A stretch of 64,000 nucleotides of DNA, from contig JBDIWC010000006.1 in assembly GCA_039794085.1 (NCBI GenBank), positions 14,262 through 78,261 of the forward strand, read 5' to 3'. The notes beneath the pieces were generated by a model. The model was given only the letters and a program-made list of their open reading frames with translations. It was not told the origin of the DNA and searched no databases. The first letter of the stretch is position 1. Each line of letters starts with the position of its first letter. Positions 55,304 through 64,000 of this stretch are shown here, piece by piece. A program made the position numbers and the translations under genes. The stretch is from Gemmatimonadales bacterium. GTDB lineage: Bacteria > Gemmatimonadota > Gemmatimonadetes > Gemmatimonadales > GWC2-71-9.

Positions 55304-57298
55304 TCACAACACCGGCCAGAGTGCTCGATCAAGGTCCACGCTGGCACCCAATCGCCCCGCCCGAACCGCCCACCCCATCCTCACACTGAGCAAGTCTCCG
55401 ACCAGACCGAATGATAACCCGACGACGGGACGGACGCCGTCGCTGGCACCCCACGGCACACCGTTCAGCTCCCCCCCGGCCCACCCGGCCGCCGCAAAGG
55501 GCGAGATCCGGATCGCGGGAGAATAACTCCCGTGCACCAGGGGAAGGGGAGGCCCCGGGATGTGGAGGTCGTACCGAAATTCGACCAACGCCGTGCGACG
55601 CCCCCCAAAGCGCCGGAACCCCTCTCCTTCCAACGTCCCCCACCCCCCGAGGACCAGACTCCGTGCCACCGGTAGATCCCGGCTCCCCCACCCGGCCCGG
55701 CCCGCCAGGAAAACCGGCCCCCGATGCACATCGAGTTCAATCCGGATCCTGAGGTAGTCGTGGGATCCCGCACCTGCTTCTCCCTCCAGGCGCCAGGTTG
55801 CCGGTCGGAGATCCCCACCGCTCCAGGCGGTTCGGACCACCCCAACCGTTCCCGACCCGAGAGGGGGATTGGCGCGAAACCGTCCAACCAGGGGACCCGC
55901 CACCGTTGTCAGCGACGTCCTGTTCTCCATGCTGAGACCCACCTGTCCCCCGAGAGAGCGACCCGGCTTCCAGTTCAGGAGAATCCCGGCCGATCGTTCC
56001 CGGACCCAGTCACCAAGATCCAGGCCCCCCTGAGCGACCAGTGACCGGGTGAGCCCGCTCACCACGGCACGATCCTCCAGATCGCGCACTTCCCGGGCCC
56101 CCCAGATCGTGATCTCTGCCGTCCCGCCGCCCAGCTCCGCCGCCACGCGAGCCTGGAGGCCGCCACCCTCCAGGCCCACTCGCAGGTGCCCCCGGGCCGT
56201 CGCGCCCGAACCCAGTCTCCATTCCCCTCCTCCCCCCAACGCCACTCCTTCGACCCGGGTGAACCGGATGAGATCACTCACGCCCCCGAGCGCCGGGCGG
56301 ACTCGCCGGACGGTGCCCTCCAACTCCCGATCGGCCAGGTGGCCGGCCTCCCGATGCACGGCCCTCAACTCCCGGAGATCGAGCGGATCCAGGGCGCCGA
56401 GCGCCTCTTCCAGGGACCTGTCCCATACGGCGGTCCGGTCGGGGCGACGCAGTCCGCCAATGGCCGGGCCCTCGCGGAAACCCGGCGGCTCGGACGCATC
56501 GAGCACCACGTCTTCCATCTGCCACGCGGTGCGAATGGCGGTACGGATCGGGAGAGCAATCCCGGGAGGTCGCCGCCGGACCTCGAGTTCCTGGCGCCAG
56601 GGAAGCCACCGATCGTCCACCCGGGCATTTTCCAGAAGGATCGTGATCGCTTCGACCGTCGGGTCCCGGTACGACGCCGGGGTGAAGGTGAAGCGGAACC
56701 GGACCAGGGCGGCGCGCCCCCGTTCGAGGAAGAGGGTCCCGATGACACCCGGGGCGCCGGCGTCCCGTGGCCGGACATGCACGGCAATCAGAACGAGGGT
56801 ATCGATGGTGGTGACGACGCGCACCGTGTCCCCCCCCGCATACTCATAGAAGTGCGGGGCCCGGGCCCCGAGCGGGTGGGGAACGTCGCGGACCTCCTCC
56901 CCGTCGCCGAGCCGGATCGCCTCGCCGAACTCGTCGAGAATGAGGGCAAGATGGTCCCGGTGATAGGCAATTCCGGTCGGGAAGGCCACGGTGTCGCGCC
57001 AGGCCACGATCCGCTGCTTGCTCTTCCCCGGCGACCGCCAATACACTTCGACCCGGAGTTCGTCGAGCTGGGAGACCCGCGGAGTGGCATCCCCCCGGGG
57101 ACCCAGTTCCCGCAGGAGGGTGACCCCGCCGTGAGCCCGGCCGAACCAGGGACGGGCCCCGGCACTGTCGATTTCCGCTCGGTGGGCCACCGCGCGAGAC
57201 ACCAGAAGGCGAACCGCCGGGGTGCCCCACTCCTGGGCTTGCCCCGTTCGGGCCACGAGGCCCAGGAAACACCAGACCATCCACCTGGACATCACCAT
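55304..57298 (-). CDS. Secreted hypothetical protein, C-terminal half possibly Omp85/surface-antigen-like beta-barrel
   Basis: Signal peptide MVWCFLGLVARTGQAQ. G-rich alternating C-terminal strands (...RYDLHIPG...SPFAAAGWAG...GLSFGLVGDLLSVRMGWAV). No firm family motif recognised. Confidence 0.5.
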   Translation of the reverse strand: MVMSRWMVWCFLGLVARTGQAQEWGTPAVRLLVSRAVAHRAEIDSAGARPWFGRAHGGVTLLRELGPRGDATPRVSQLDELRVEVYWRSPGKSKQRIVAWRDTVAFPTGIAYHRDHLALILDEFGEAIRLGDGEEVRDVPHPLGARAPHFYEYAGGDTVRVVTTIDTLVLIAVHVRPRDAGAPGVIGTLFLERGRAALVRFRFTFTPASYRDPTVEAITILLENARVDDRWLPWRQELEVRRRPPGIALPIRTAIRTAWQMEDVVLDASEPPGFREGPAIGGLRRPDRTAVWDRSLEEALGALDPLDLRELRAVHREAGHLADRELEGTVRRVRPALGGVSDLIRFTRVEGVALGGGGEWRLGSGATARGHLRVGLEGGGLQARVAAELGGGTAEITIWGAREVRDLEDRAVVSGLTRSLVAQGGLDLGDWVRERSAGILLNWKPGRSLGGQVGLSMENRTSLTTVAGPLVGRFRANPPLGSGTVGVVRTAWSGGDLRPATWRLEGEAGAGSHDYLRIRIELDVHRGPVFLAGRAGWGSRDLPVARSLVLGGWGTLEGEGFRRFGGRRTALVEFRYDLHIPGPPLPLVHGSYSPAIRISPFAAAGWAGGELNGVPWGASDGVRPVVGLSFGLVGDLLSVRMGWAVRAGRLGASVDLDRALWPVL

Positions 57299-57866
57299 GG
57301 CAATATTCCGGTGGCGAACCTTCTGGACAAGCGCGATCCTGGCTGCGGCCTGCGGCCGCGGGGGAGCGGGCCTGACCCCCGACCCGGTGCTCTCTCTCCC
57401 CGCCGACCGTCTCTACGTCCTCGAATCGATCGGAGCGCCCGCCGACGATACGACATTCGAGCTGGCCCCCGGGCAGGACCGCCGGGTGCTGATCCGCCAT
57501 GGGGCGCCTGACAACACGCCGTTCGCCATCCTCGACATTCCCGCATCCGCTCTCGACCACGGTCCCGTCACCCTGGTGTTTCGCCCCCTGCCCGGGCTCA
57601 CCGGAGCGGAGATACTGATGACCCGGGGGACCCTCGCCGATTCGTCGGCGACGATCACCTTTGCCTACCCGCAGCACTTCCTCGCCCCCGCGGGAGCTGT
57701 GGACCAGTACGGGAGTCTCCTGGCCTACGAGCGGGCCTTGCGCATCGGTCACTCGGCTCCGGGCACGGGCCCGGTCAACCTCCTTCCCTCGACGCGTCCC
57801 GGATCCGACCTTCTGCGGGCACCCCTGCCCGGTCCGGGACGCTACGTGGTGGCGGCGCCCCGATGA
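57297..57866 (+). CDS. Hypothetical lipoprotein
   Basis: MAIFRWRTFWTSAILAAACG lipobox. ATGA overlap with the downstream FHA-GAF-cyclase gene. Confidence 0.55.
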   Translation: MAIFRWRTFWTSAILAAACGRGGAGLTPDPVLSLPADRLYVLESIGAPADDTTFELAPGQDRRVLIRHGAPDNTPFAILDIPASALDHGPVTLVFRPLPGLTGAEILMTRGTLADSSATITFAYPQHFLAPAGAVDQYGSLLAYERALRIGHSAPGTGPVNLLPSTRPGSDLLRAPLPGPGRYVVAAPR

Positions 57867-59428
57867 CGGGGCCGGATACGCCCGGGGGGTTTCTCCTCGA
57901 AGGGGTCACGTCGCCCGTGCGCTGCGTCCTCGGGCCCGGCGAGTCCGGGTCCGTGGGCCGGTCACTCACCTGCGATTTCGTGATCGATGATCCCACCGTC
58001 TCCCGTCACCACGCCCAGCTTCAGGTCGAGGGGGAGGGAGACGCGCTGCTCGTCACCGACCTGGAGAGCGCCAATGGATTGGAGCACAACGGCGTCAGCG
58101 TGACCCGTGCCCGCTGCCGGGACGGGGATCGCCTGACCGTGGGACGCGTCTCCCTCCGGGTCCGCCAGCTCCCGGCCGTGTCCCCGCCCGCACGGGAGCT
58201 GGAAAGCCTCGACCTTCCCGATACCCTGGTGCGGGAGATTCCGGGGGACCTGACCGAACAGGCCCTGCTGGACCGTTTGCTGGACATCACACGGCGGCTG
58301 TCGGGAAAGGGGGACCAGGAGGGACTCCTGGACGATGTGCTCCACCTGGCGTTCGAGGCGACCGGGGTGGACCGGGCCGTCATTCTCCTGGGCCCCAGCG
58401 TGGACACCCTCGTCCCGGCCCGGGCCCGGATCCGGCAGGGGCCCATTCCCGGTTTTCACCCTCCCCGCGCCATCCTGCACCGGGCGTTGGCGGCCCGGAG
58501 CGCCCTCGTCGTGGACCGGATCGAGGGAGTGCCGGGACTGGCGAGCCCGTCGGTGGCGCTCCAACGGGTCCACGCCGCCGTCTGCTGCCCCCTCCGCACC
58601 GAGGACGACACCGTGCTGGGGGTGCTGTACGCCGACCAGGGATCGACCGCCGGTATCACCCCCTCCGAGGCGAGGGCGCTCTTTGCTCTGGGCGGCATCG
58701 CGGCCGTCACCCTGGCCCGGCTCCGCTACGCCACGCTTCACCGCGAGGAGCAGATCCGCGGCGCACAGTTGGCACGGTTCTTCGCCCCGGCGGTGGCCCG
58801 GGCCATCACCGAGAGCCCCGATCAGACCTTGGGCATGCAATGCGCCGTCACAGTGCTCTTCACAGACATCCGCGGGTTCTCGGCGATCGCGGCCACGCAC
58901 CCTCCCGAGCGAATCGCCCGGGTTCTCACGGAATATTACACCGACATGACCGACATCATCTTCGCGGAGGATGGAACACTGGATCGTTTTCTGGGAGACG
59001 GGGTCCTCGCGGTCTGGGGAGCGCCGATCCCCCGGGAGGATGCCTCGGCCCGTGCGCTGGCGGCGGCCACGGCCATGTTCCGGGCCCTCCCCGGGCTCAA
59101 CGCCCGGTGGCGGGACCGCGGCGATCCGGAGCTGCGTCTCGGAGCCGGTCTCGCCCGGGGGCGTGTCTTCGCCGGCACCCTGGGCGGACCACGACGCCTG
59201 GACTACACCGTCATCGGGGAGGCGGTCAACCTGGCGAGCCGCCTCGCCACCGCGGCGGGCCCGGGCCAGATCCTGCTGGAGGCCACCGTGGCCGGGGACC
59301 TCCCCGCCGGCAGCCCCCTTCTCGGTGGCGTCACCCGGGAATCCGTGGTGATCCGGGGCCGGGATGACCCGGTGGCAGTCTATCGTGTTATTCCCGCCGA
59401 TTCGGAGTCGGAGGAGGGCGGAAAGTAG
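57863..59428 (+). CDS. FHA - GAF - class III adenylate/guanylate cyclase
   Basis: FHA: GRSLTCDFVIDDPTVSRHHAQL...SANGLEHNG. Central GAF-like region. Cyclase: VTVLFTDIRGFSAI...RFLGDGVLAVWGAP...GEAVNLASRL. Confidence 0.85.
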   Translation: MTGPDTPGGFLLEGVTSPVRCVLGPGESGSVGRSLTCDFVIDDPTVSRHHAQLQVEGEGDALLVTDLESANGLEHNGVSVTRARCRDGDRLTVGRVSLRVRQLPAVSPPARELESLDLPDTLVREIPGDLTEQALLDRLLDITRRLSGKGDQEGLLDDVLHLAFEATGVDRAVILLGPSVDTLVPARARIRQGPIPGFHPPRAILHRALAARSALVVDRIEGVPGLASPSVALQRVHAAVCCPLRTEDDTVLGVLYADQGSTAGITPSEARALFALGGIAAVTLARLRYATLHREEQIRGAQLARFFAPAVARAITESPDQTLGMQCAVTVLFTDIRGFSAIAATHPPERIARVLTEYYTDMTDIIFAEDGTLDRFLGDGVLAVWGAPIPREDASARALAAATAMFRALPGLNARWRDRGDPELRLGAGLARGRVFAGTLGGPRRLDYTVIGEAVNLASRLATAAGPGQILLEATVAGDLPAGSPLLGGVTRESVVIRGRDDPVAVYRVIPADSESEEGGK

Positions 59429-59982
59429 GGGCATCCCGCTTCCCCCAGGAGGTCGATCACCAGGCGCAGCGGGAGTCCCATCACGCTGAAGAAGTCCCCT
59501 TCGATCCCCTCCACCAGCCCGGCCCCGTACCCCTGGATCCCGTAGGCCCCCGCCTTGTCCATCGGCTCCCCGGTGCCGACGTAGGCGTCGATCCACGCAT
59601 CCGACACCGTCCGAAAGGTCACCGTCGTGCGATCCATGGCCTCGCGCAGGGTTCCCCCGGCCTGCAGGGCCACGGCGGTGATCACCTCGTGGCGCCGGCC
59701 CCGGAGCCGCCGCAGCATCGCCACCGCCTCCGCGGCGTCGGCCGGCTTCTCCAGGACCTCTCCGTCGAGCACCACGATGGTATCGGCGCTGAGAACCAGA
59801 TGCCCCGGCACGGCACGGGCCTTCTCGCGCGCGAGACGCCGGGCATACGCCTCCGGTTCCTCGCGGGGGAGGCGCCGTTCCAGCACGTCCGGCGACTGGG
59901 CCAGCACCGGAATACCCAGCATCGCCAGCAGGTCCCGGCGTCGGGGGGAACTGGAGGCCAGAACCAGCACGGGGGAGTTCAT
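59380..59982 (-). CDS. maf: Maf-like nucleoside triphosphate pyrophosphatase
   Basis: LVLASSSPRRRDLLAMLGI...ADTIVVLDGEVLEKP...KAGAYGIQG. 3' end overlaps the convergent cyclase gene by 49 nt. Confidence 0.9.
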   Translation of the reverse strand: MNSPVLVLASSSPRRRDLLAMLGIPVLAQSPDVLERRLPREEPEAYARRLAREKARAVPGHLVLSADTIVVLDGEVLEKPADAAEAVAMLRRLRGRRHEVITAVALQAGGTLREAMDRTTVTFRTVSDAWIDAYVGTGEPMDKAGAYGIQGYGAGLVEGIEGDFFSVMGLPLRLVIDLLGEAGCPYFPPSSDSESAGITR

Positions 59983-60422
59983 GGTCGCTCCAGGATGAGG
60001 GTGACCGGACCATCGTTCACCAGGGACACCGCCATCATGGCTCCGAACTCTCCGGTCTCCACGGTGAGCCCGAGGGCCCGGAGGTCCGCGAGAAACTGTT
60101 CATAGAGCGGGATGGCCACCTCGGGCCGGGCGGCCTCGAGAAAGGAGGGGCGCCGCCCGCGGGTGGCATCCCCATAGAGGGTGAACTGGCTCACCACCAG
60201 CACCGCTCCCCCGACCTCCCCCAGCCCCAGGTTCATCTTGCCCTCCGCATCGCCAAAGATCCGGAGTGTCGCCACTCGGGAGGCCATCCACGTCACATCG
60301 GCGGGGGTGTCGGCATGGGTGAACCCGGCCAGGAGGCAGACCCCCTGTCCGATCTGGCCCACCGTGCGTCCCTCCACGGCCACGGTGGCGGAGGAAACCC
60401 GCTGGAGAATAACGCGCACCAT
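59979..60422 (-). CDS. dtd: D-aminoacyl-tRNA deacylase
   Basis: Start MVRVILQRVSSATV... ...LVVSQFTLYGD...GRRPSF...VNDGPVT. Confidence 0.92.
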   Translation of the reverse strand: MVRVILQRVSSATVAVEGRTVGQIGQGVCLLAGFTHADTPADVTWMASRVATLRIFGDAEGKMNLGLGEVGGAVLVVSQFTLYGDATRGRRPSFLEAARPEVAIPLYEQFLADLRALGLTVETGEFGAMMAVSLVNDGPVTLILERP

Positions 60423-60494
60423 GCCTCCACGCAGCGAAGCGCCCCGGGACGGCCACGGCCAGTCCCGGGGCACGGAGGCCACCGGTTGCCGGCG

Positions 60495-62321
60495 CTACTC
60501 CACCGTCACCGACTTGGCGAGATTGCGCGGCTGGTCCACGTTGCAGCCGCGGAGCACGGCAACGTAATAGGAGAAGAGCTGGAGGGGGATCCCGGTGAGG
60601 AGCGGGCTCAGGAGGTCGATGGTCTCGGGAATGGGGAAGGTGGCATCGGCGAGCCGCTGGATCTCGGTGTCGCCTTCCGTGATCAGGGCGATGACCTTCC
60701 CTCCCCGCGCCTTCACCTCTTCGATGTTGGACACGATCTTCGAGTGCACCGCGTCCTTTGGCGCGATGAAGATCACCGGCATGTTCTCGTCGATCAGGGC
60801 GATCGGCCCATGCTTCATCTCGGCCGCCGGGTATCCCTCGGCATGGATGTAGCTGATCTCCTTGAGTTTGAGCGCACCCTCCAGGGCGACGGGGAAGTTC
60901 ACTCCCCGCCCCAGGTAGAGGGCGTTGGTCGCGGTGTGAAACTGCTTCGCCAGCGTCTCCACCGCGTCGGCCCGATCGAGGATCGACTGGATCTGCACCG
61001 GGATCCGTTGCAGCGCGTGGATGAATTCCCTCCCTTCCAGCACCGACAGGTGCCGCAATCGGGCCAGCCGGAGAGTGAGCAGGGCCAGGGCTCCGACCTG
61101 GGAGGTGAAGGCCTTGGTACTGGCGACGCCCACCTCGGGGCCGGCCCGGAGATACAGCCCGCCATCCACCTCCCGGGCGATCGTCGATCCGACCACGTTG
61201 ACGAGCCCGAGGGTCCGGGCCCCCCGCCGCTTCGCCTCCTTGATGGCGGCCAGGGTGTCGGCGGTCTCCCCCGACTGGGAAATGGCCACCACCAGCGTGC
61301 GCTCGTCCACGATCGGATTCCGGTACCGGAATTCGGAGGCATACTCCACCTCCACCGGAATCCGGGCCATCTCTTCCAGCATGTACTCGCCGATCAGCGC
61401 CGCGTGCCACGACGTGCCGCAGGCGGTGATGATGATCCGGTTGAACTGTCCCAGTTCCTCGTCCGACAGATTGAGACCGTGCAGCCGGGCACTCCCCTCC
61501 TCCTCCAGCAGGTGACCGCGGAGGGTGTTGCAGAGACTCTCGGGCTGCTCGAAGATTTCCTTCAGCATGAAGTGGGAAAACCCGCCCCGCTCGATGGTGG
61601 CGAGGTCCCATTCGATCTGATTGACCGGCTTGTCGATCCGACTCACCTCGAGGGTTCGCACGCGATACCCCACCCGGGTCAGCACAACCATCTCTCCGTC
61701 ATCGAGATAGACCACGGAACGGGTGTGTTCGAGAATGGCGGAGGCGTCGGAGGCCACGAACCACTCATCGTCTCCGACACCCACGAGAAGGGGAGATCCC
61801 TTGCGAGCGGCGACCAGCAGGTCGGGCTCGTCGGCGCTGACCACTGCGATCCCGTAGGCCCCGTCCACGTCCCGGAGCGCCGAGGCCACCGCTTCCTCGA
61901 GCGATCCCTGGTAGTACTCCCCGATGAGATGCGCCAGCACCTCGGTATCCGTTTCGCTCGTGAAGGTGTGTCCGCGCCGGGCCAGCGCCTTGCGAATCGA
62001 CGTGGAGTTCTCGATGATGCCGTTGTGGATGACGGCGATCCTCCCGTCATCGCTCGTATGCGGGTGGGCATTGGAGGTGGTCGGCGCTCCGTGGGTGGCC
62101 CACCGGGTATGGCCGATGCCCACCGTGCCGGTGGGGCGATCGGTCTGGAGGATATCGACCAGGGCCGAGAGCTTCCCCGCCGCCTTCCGGACCTTCAGGC
62201 CGCTGCCATTGAGCACCGCGATTCCCGCGGAATCGTAGCCACGGTATTCCATCCGACGAAGGCCGTCAATCAGAATGCCCGTGGCCTCCCGCGGGCCCAG
62301 ATACCCCACAATGCCACACAT
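60495..62321 (-). CDS. glmS: Glutamine--fructose-6-phosphate aminotransferase
   Basis: Start MCGIVGY (Cys1 nucleophile). Two SIS domains. C-terminal ...DQPRNLAKSVTVE. Confidence 0.97.
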   Translation of the reverse strand: MCGIVGYLGPREATGILIDGLRRMEYRGYDSAGIAVLNGSGLKVRKAAGKLSALVDILQTDRPTGTVGIGHTRWATHGAPTTSNAHPHTSDDGRIAVIHNGIIENSTSIRKALARRGHTFTSETDTEVLAHLIGEYYQGSLEEAVASALRDVDGAYGIAVVSADEPDLLVAARKGSPLLVGVGDDEWFVASDASAILEHTRSVVYLDDGEMVVLTRVGYRVRTLEVSRIDKPVNQIEWDLATIERGGFSHFMLKEIFEQPESLCNTLRGHLLEEEGSARLHGLNLSDEELGQFNRIIITACGTSWHAALIGEYMLEEMARIPVEVEYASEFRYRNPIVDERTLVVAISQSGETADTLAAIKEAKRRGARTLGLVNVVGSTIAREVDGGLYLRAGPEVGVASTKAFTSQVGALALLTLRLARLRHLSVLEGREFIHALQRIPVQIQSILDRADAVETLAKQFHTATNALYLGRGVNFPVALEGALKLKEISYIHAEGYPAAEMKHGPIALIDENMPVIFIAPKDAVHSKIVSNIEEVKARGGKVIALITEGDTEIQRLADATFPIPETIDLLSPLLTGIPLQLFSYYVAVLRGCNVDQPRNLAKSVTVE

Positions 62322-62346
62322 GCGTGTTTCGGTCCTCGCAAAAGAT

Positions 62347-63732
62347 TCAGGCCGCCCCTCCACTCCCCTTCGGGCGCAGCAGATCACGGCAGGTCGTCGT
62401 CAACTCAGTGGCCTGGGTGACCGTGGGCGCCTCGGCGATGATCCGCACCACCGGCTCCGTTCCCGAAGGTCTCAGATGCACCCACCGGTCGGGCCAGGCG
62501 AGCCGCAATCCGTCACGGTGGTCCGCATGAGCCTCGGGAAACCGATCCTGCAGACTCCGGCCGGCCGTGTCCAGATCCACCCCCCGAGGGATCTTCGTCT
62601 TCACGATGCGGTAGGCCGGGGCGGATCGCACCCGGTCCGTCACCGTCCCGCCCGGGCCCGCAAGATACTGCAAAACCAGCGCCACACCGAGGGGCGCATC
62701 CCGTCCCGAGTGCAGGGCCGGCAGGATCACCCCCCCATTCCCCTCTCCCCCGATCAGGGCCCTCTCCTCCCGGATCATCCGCACCACATTGGCCTCCCCC
62801 ACCGGAGCGCGGACAAACCGCGCTCCTCCGGCCAGGGCGGCATCCTCCACGACCCGGCTGGTGGAGAGATTCGCGACCACGGTGGCCGGCGCAGGATGGC
62901 GAGGCAGCACCGCCCGCACCGCGAAGGCCAGCGTGTAATCCTCTCCGATCGGGACCCCCGTCTCATCCACCAGGGCCAGGCGATCCACGTCCGGATCCAC
63001 CGCCAGGCCGATCTCCGCACCCGTCGCGCGCACCAGCTCACCCAGATCGGACAGGTTGGCGGGAATCGGTTCGGGCTCGTGGGGAAACCTCCCGTCGGTT
63101 TCGGTGTGGATGGCATCGACCCGGCACCCCAGCCGGGCAAGCAACTCGGGAATGATCGCGCCGCCGGCTCCGCGGACGCAGTCGAGAGCCACATGGAACC
63201 GCCGGTTGCGAATGGCGCCGACATCCACCTCGGGGAGGGCCAGCACGGAGGCGAGATGGCGCTCGATGGCCTCCCCATCAGTTGTCACGCCGCCGAGACC
63301 ATCCCACCCGCTCCGGGGCGTTCCGGAGTCCGCACGAGCCTTGACTTCCGCCAACGCATCCCAGGAAAGAAAGGTTCCGCCGGGCCCCACGAACTTGAGG
63401 GCGTTCCACTCCACGGGGTTGTGACTCGCTGTCAGAATGAGTCCCGCAGCCGCACCATGGTGCTCCACGGCGAGCTGAACCGTGGGAGTCGGGACCATCC
63501 CGAGGTCGACGACATTGGCCCCCACCGACTGGAATCCTGCCGTCGCCGCGCGGGAAAACATCTCACCGCTGGTCCGGGCATCCCGCCCAAGGACCACCGT
63601 TCTGTCACCCGGAGGAGAGGCCAGCGCCCAGGCTCCGAACGCGGCAGCGTACCGGGCCACCAGCTCGGGGGTGAGGTCCACGCCCACCAAGCCACGGAGC
63701 CCGGAAACGCTGAACATCAGGGTGTCGGTCAT
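62347..63732 (-). CDS. glmM: Phosphoglucosamine mutase / alpha-D-phosphohexomutase
   Basis: FSVSGLRGLVG..., active-site loop TASHNP, DPDVDRLALVDE metal loop. Sits immediately upstream of glmS. Confidence 0.8.
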   Translation of the reverse strand: MTDTLMFSVSGLRGLVGVDLTPELVARYAAAFGAWALASPPGDRTVVLGRDARTSGEMFSRAATAGFQSVGANVVDLGMVPTPTVQLAVEHHGAAAGLILTASHNPVEWNALKFVGPGGTFLSWDALAEVKARADSGTPRSGWDGLGGVTTDGEAIERHLASVLALPEVDVGAIRNRRFHVALDCVRGAGGAIIPELLARLGCRVDAIHTETDGRFPHEPEPIPANLSDLGELVRATGAEIGLAVDPDVDRLALVDETGVPIGEDYTLAFAVRAVLPRHPAPATVVANLSTSRVVEDAALAGGARFVRAPVGEANVVRMIREERALIGGEGNGGVILPALHSGRDAPLGVALVLQYLAGPGGTVTDRVRSAPAYRIVKTKIPRGVDLDTAGRSLQDRFPEAHADHRDGLRLAWPDRWVHLRPSGTEPVVRIIAEAPTVTQATELTTTCRDLLRPKGSGGAA

Positions 63733-63836
63733 GAAGCGAGCCTCGCAGATCGGGGGGTCGGGACTACGTCCTGGGTCCCAGGTCCTGTGTCCTTCAGGAC
63801 TCAGGGGAGAGGACGTGGCACGAAGCTGTGGAACCT

Positions 63837-64000
63837 TCAGTCACCGGGAGATCGCCGTGACGTCAGCAACCGGGCCGGATCGGGAAAGGCGCGGCGAAAG
63901 GCGGCCACCACCTCGGGATCGAACTGGGCTCCGGCACATCGGGTGAGTTCCTCCATGGCATCGAGAGGAGTCCGGACGGGCCGGTAGGCTCGGTTGGTCG
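63837..64000 (-). CDS. HD/HD-GYP-type phosphohydrolase, C-terminal fragment cut by window edge
   Basis: Minus strand reads ...RAYRPVRTPLDAMEELTRCAGAQFDPEVVAAFRRAFPD...*, the typical HD-GYP/HD-domain tail (AGtQFDP.vV.aF). Stop at 63837-63839. Confidence 0.55.
   Translation of the reverse strand, partial: TNRAYRPVRTPLDAMEELTRCAGAQFDPEVVAAFRRAFPDPARLLTSRRSPGD

Overview
High-GC (roughly 68-70 % by eye) bacterial chromosomal segment. It holds about 55 protein genes and one tRNA (Leu-UAG); I found no rRNA and no CRISPR array. The gene content suggests a Gemmatimonadota/Acidobacteriota-like soil bacterium: a Ser/Thr kinase fused to a TolB-like propeller, a CarboxypepD_reg TonB receptor, several Uma2/DUF820 paralogues and many VapBC modules. 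That placement is inference only.

Layout:
- 1-8 kb: accessory-like stretch with five toxin-antitoxin-related loci, one of them frameshifted and one an orphan antitoxin.
- 8-27 kb: mixed metabolism and envelope genes, with three Uma2 endonuclease paralogues.
- 27-37 kb: core proteostasis block (dnaK, htrA-like, tig-clpP-clpX-engB).
- 38-43 kb: TonB-receptor and lipoprotein locus.
- 43-55 kb: one long, tightly coupled minus-strand gene train. In transcription order it runs GspE-REC fusion, hisC-hisB-hisH-Nudix-hisF, then MscS / 1,073-aa degenerate-P-loop protein / MscS / SAM methyltransferase.
- 55-64 kb: signalling and cell-wall precursor genes (FHA-GAF-cyclase, maf, dtd, glmS, glmM).

The best candidate for an undescribed system is the MscS - giant ATPase-like/wHTH protein - MscS - methyltransferase cassette at 43.3-49.3 kb. 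Other points of interest:
- A structured ~220-300 nt repeat family built from inverted 3x9-mer arrays (two copies).
- A Nudix gene translationally coupled inside the his operon where hisA normally sits.
- A secretion-ATPase/receiver fusion with no other secretion genes nearby.
- Mosaic Uma2 paralogues with a conserved promoter that appears to give a leaderless transcript.
- A decayed IS200/IS605 remnant between paired hairpins.

All homology calls come from motif recognition by eye in the supplied translations. No database search was run.
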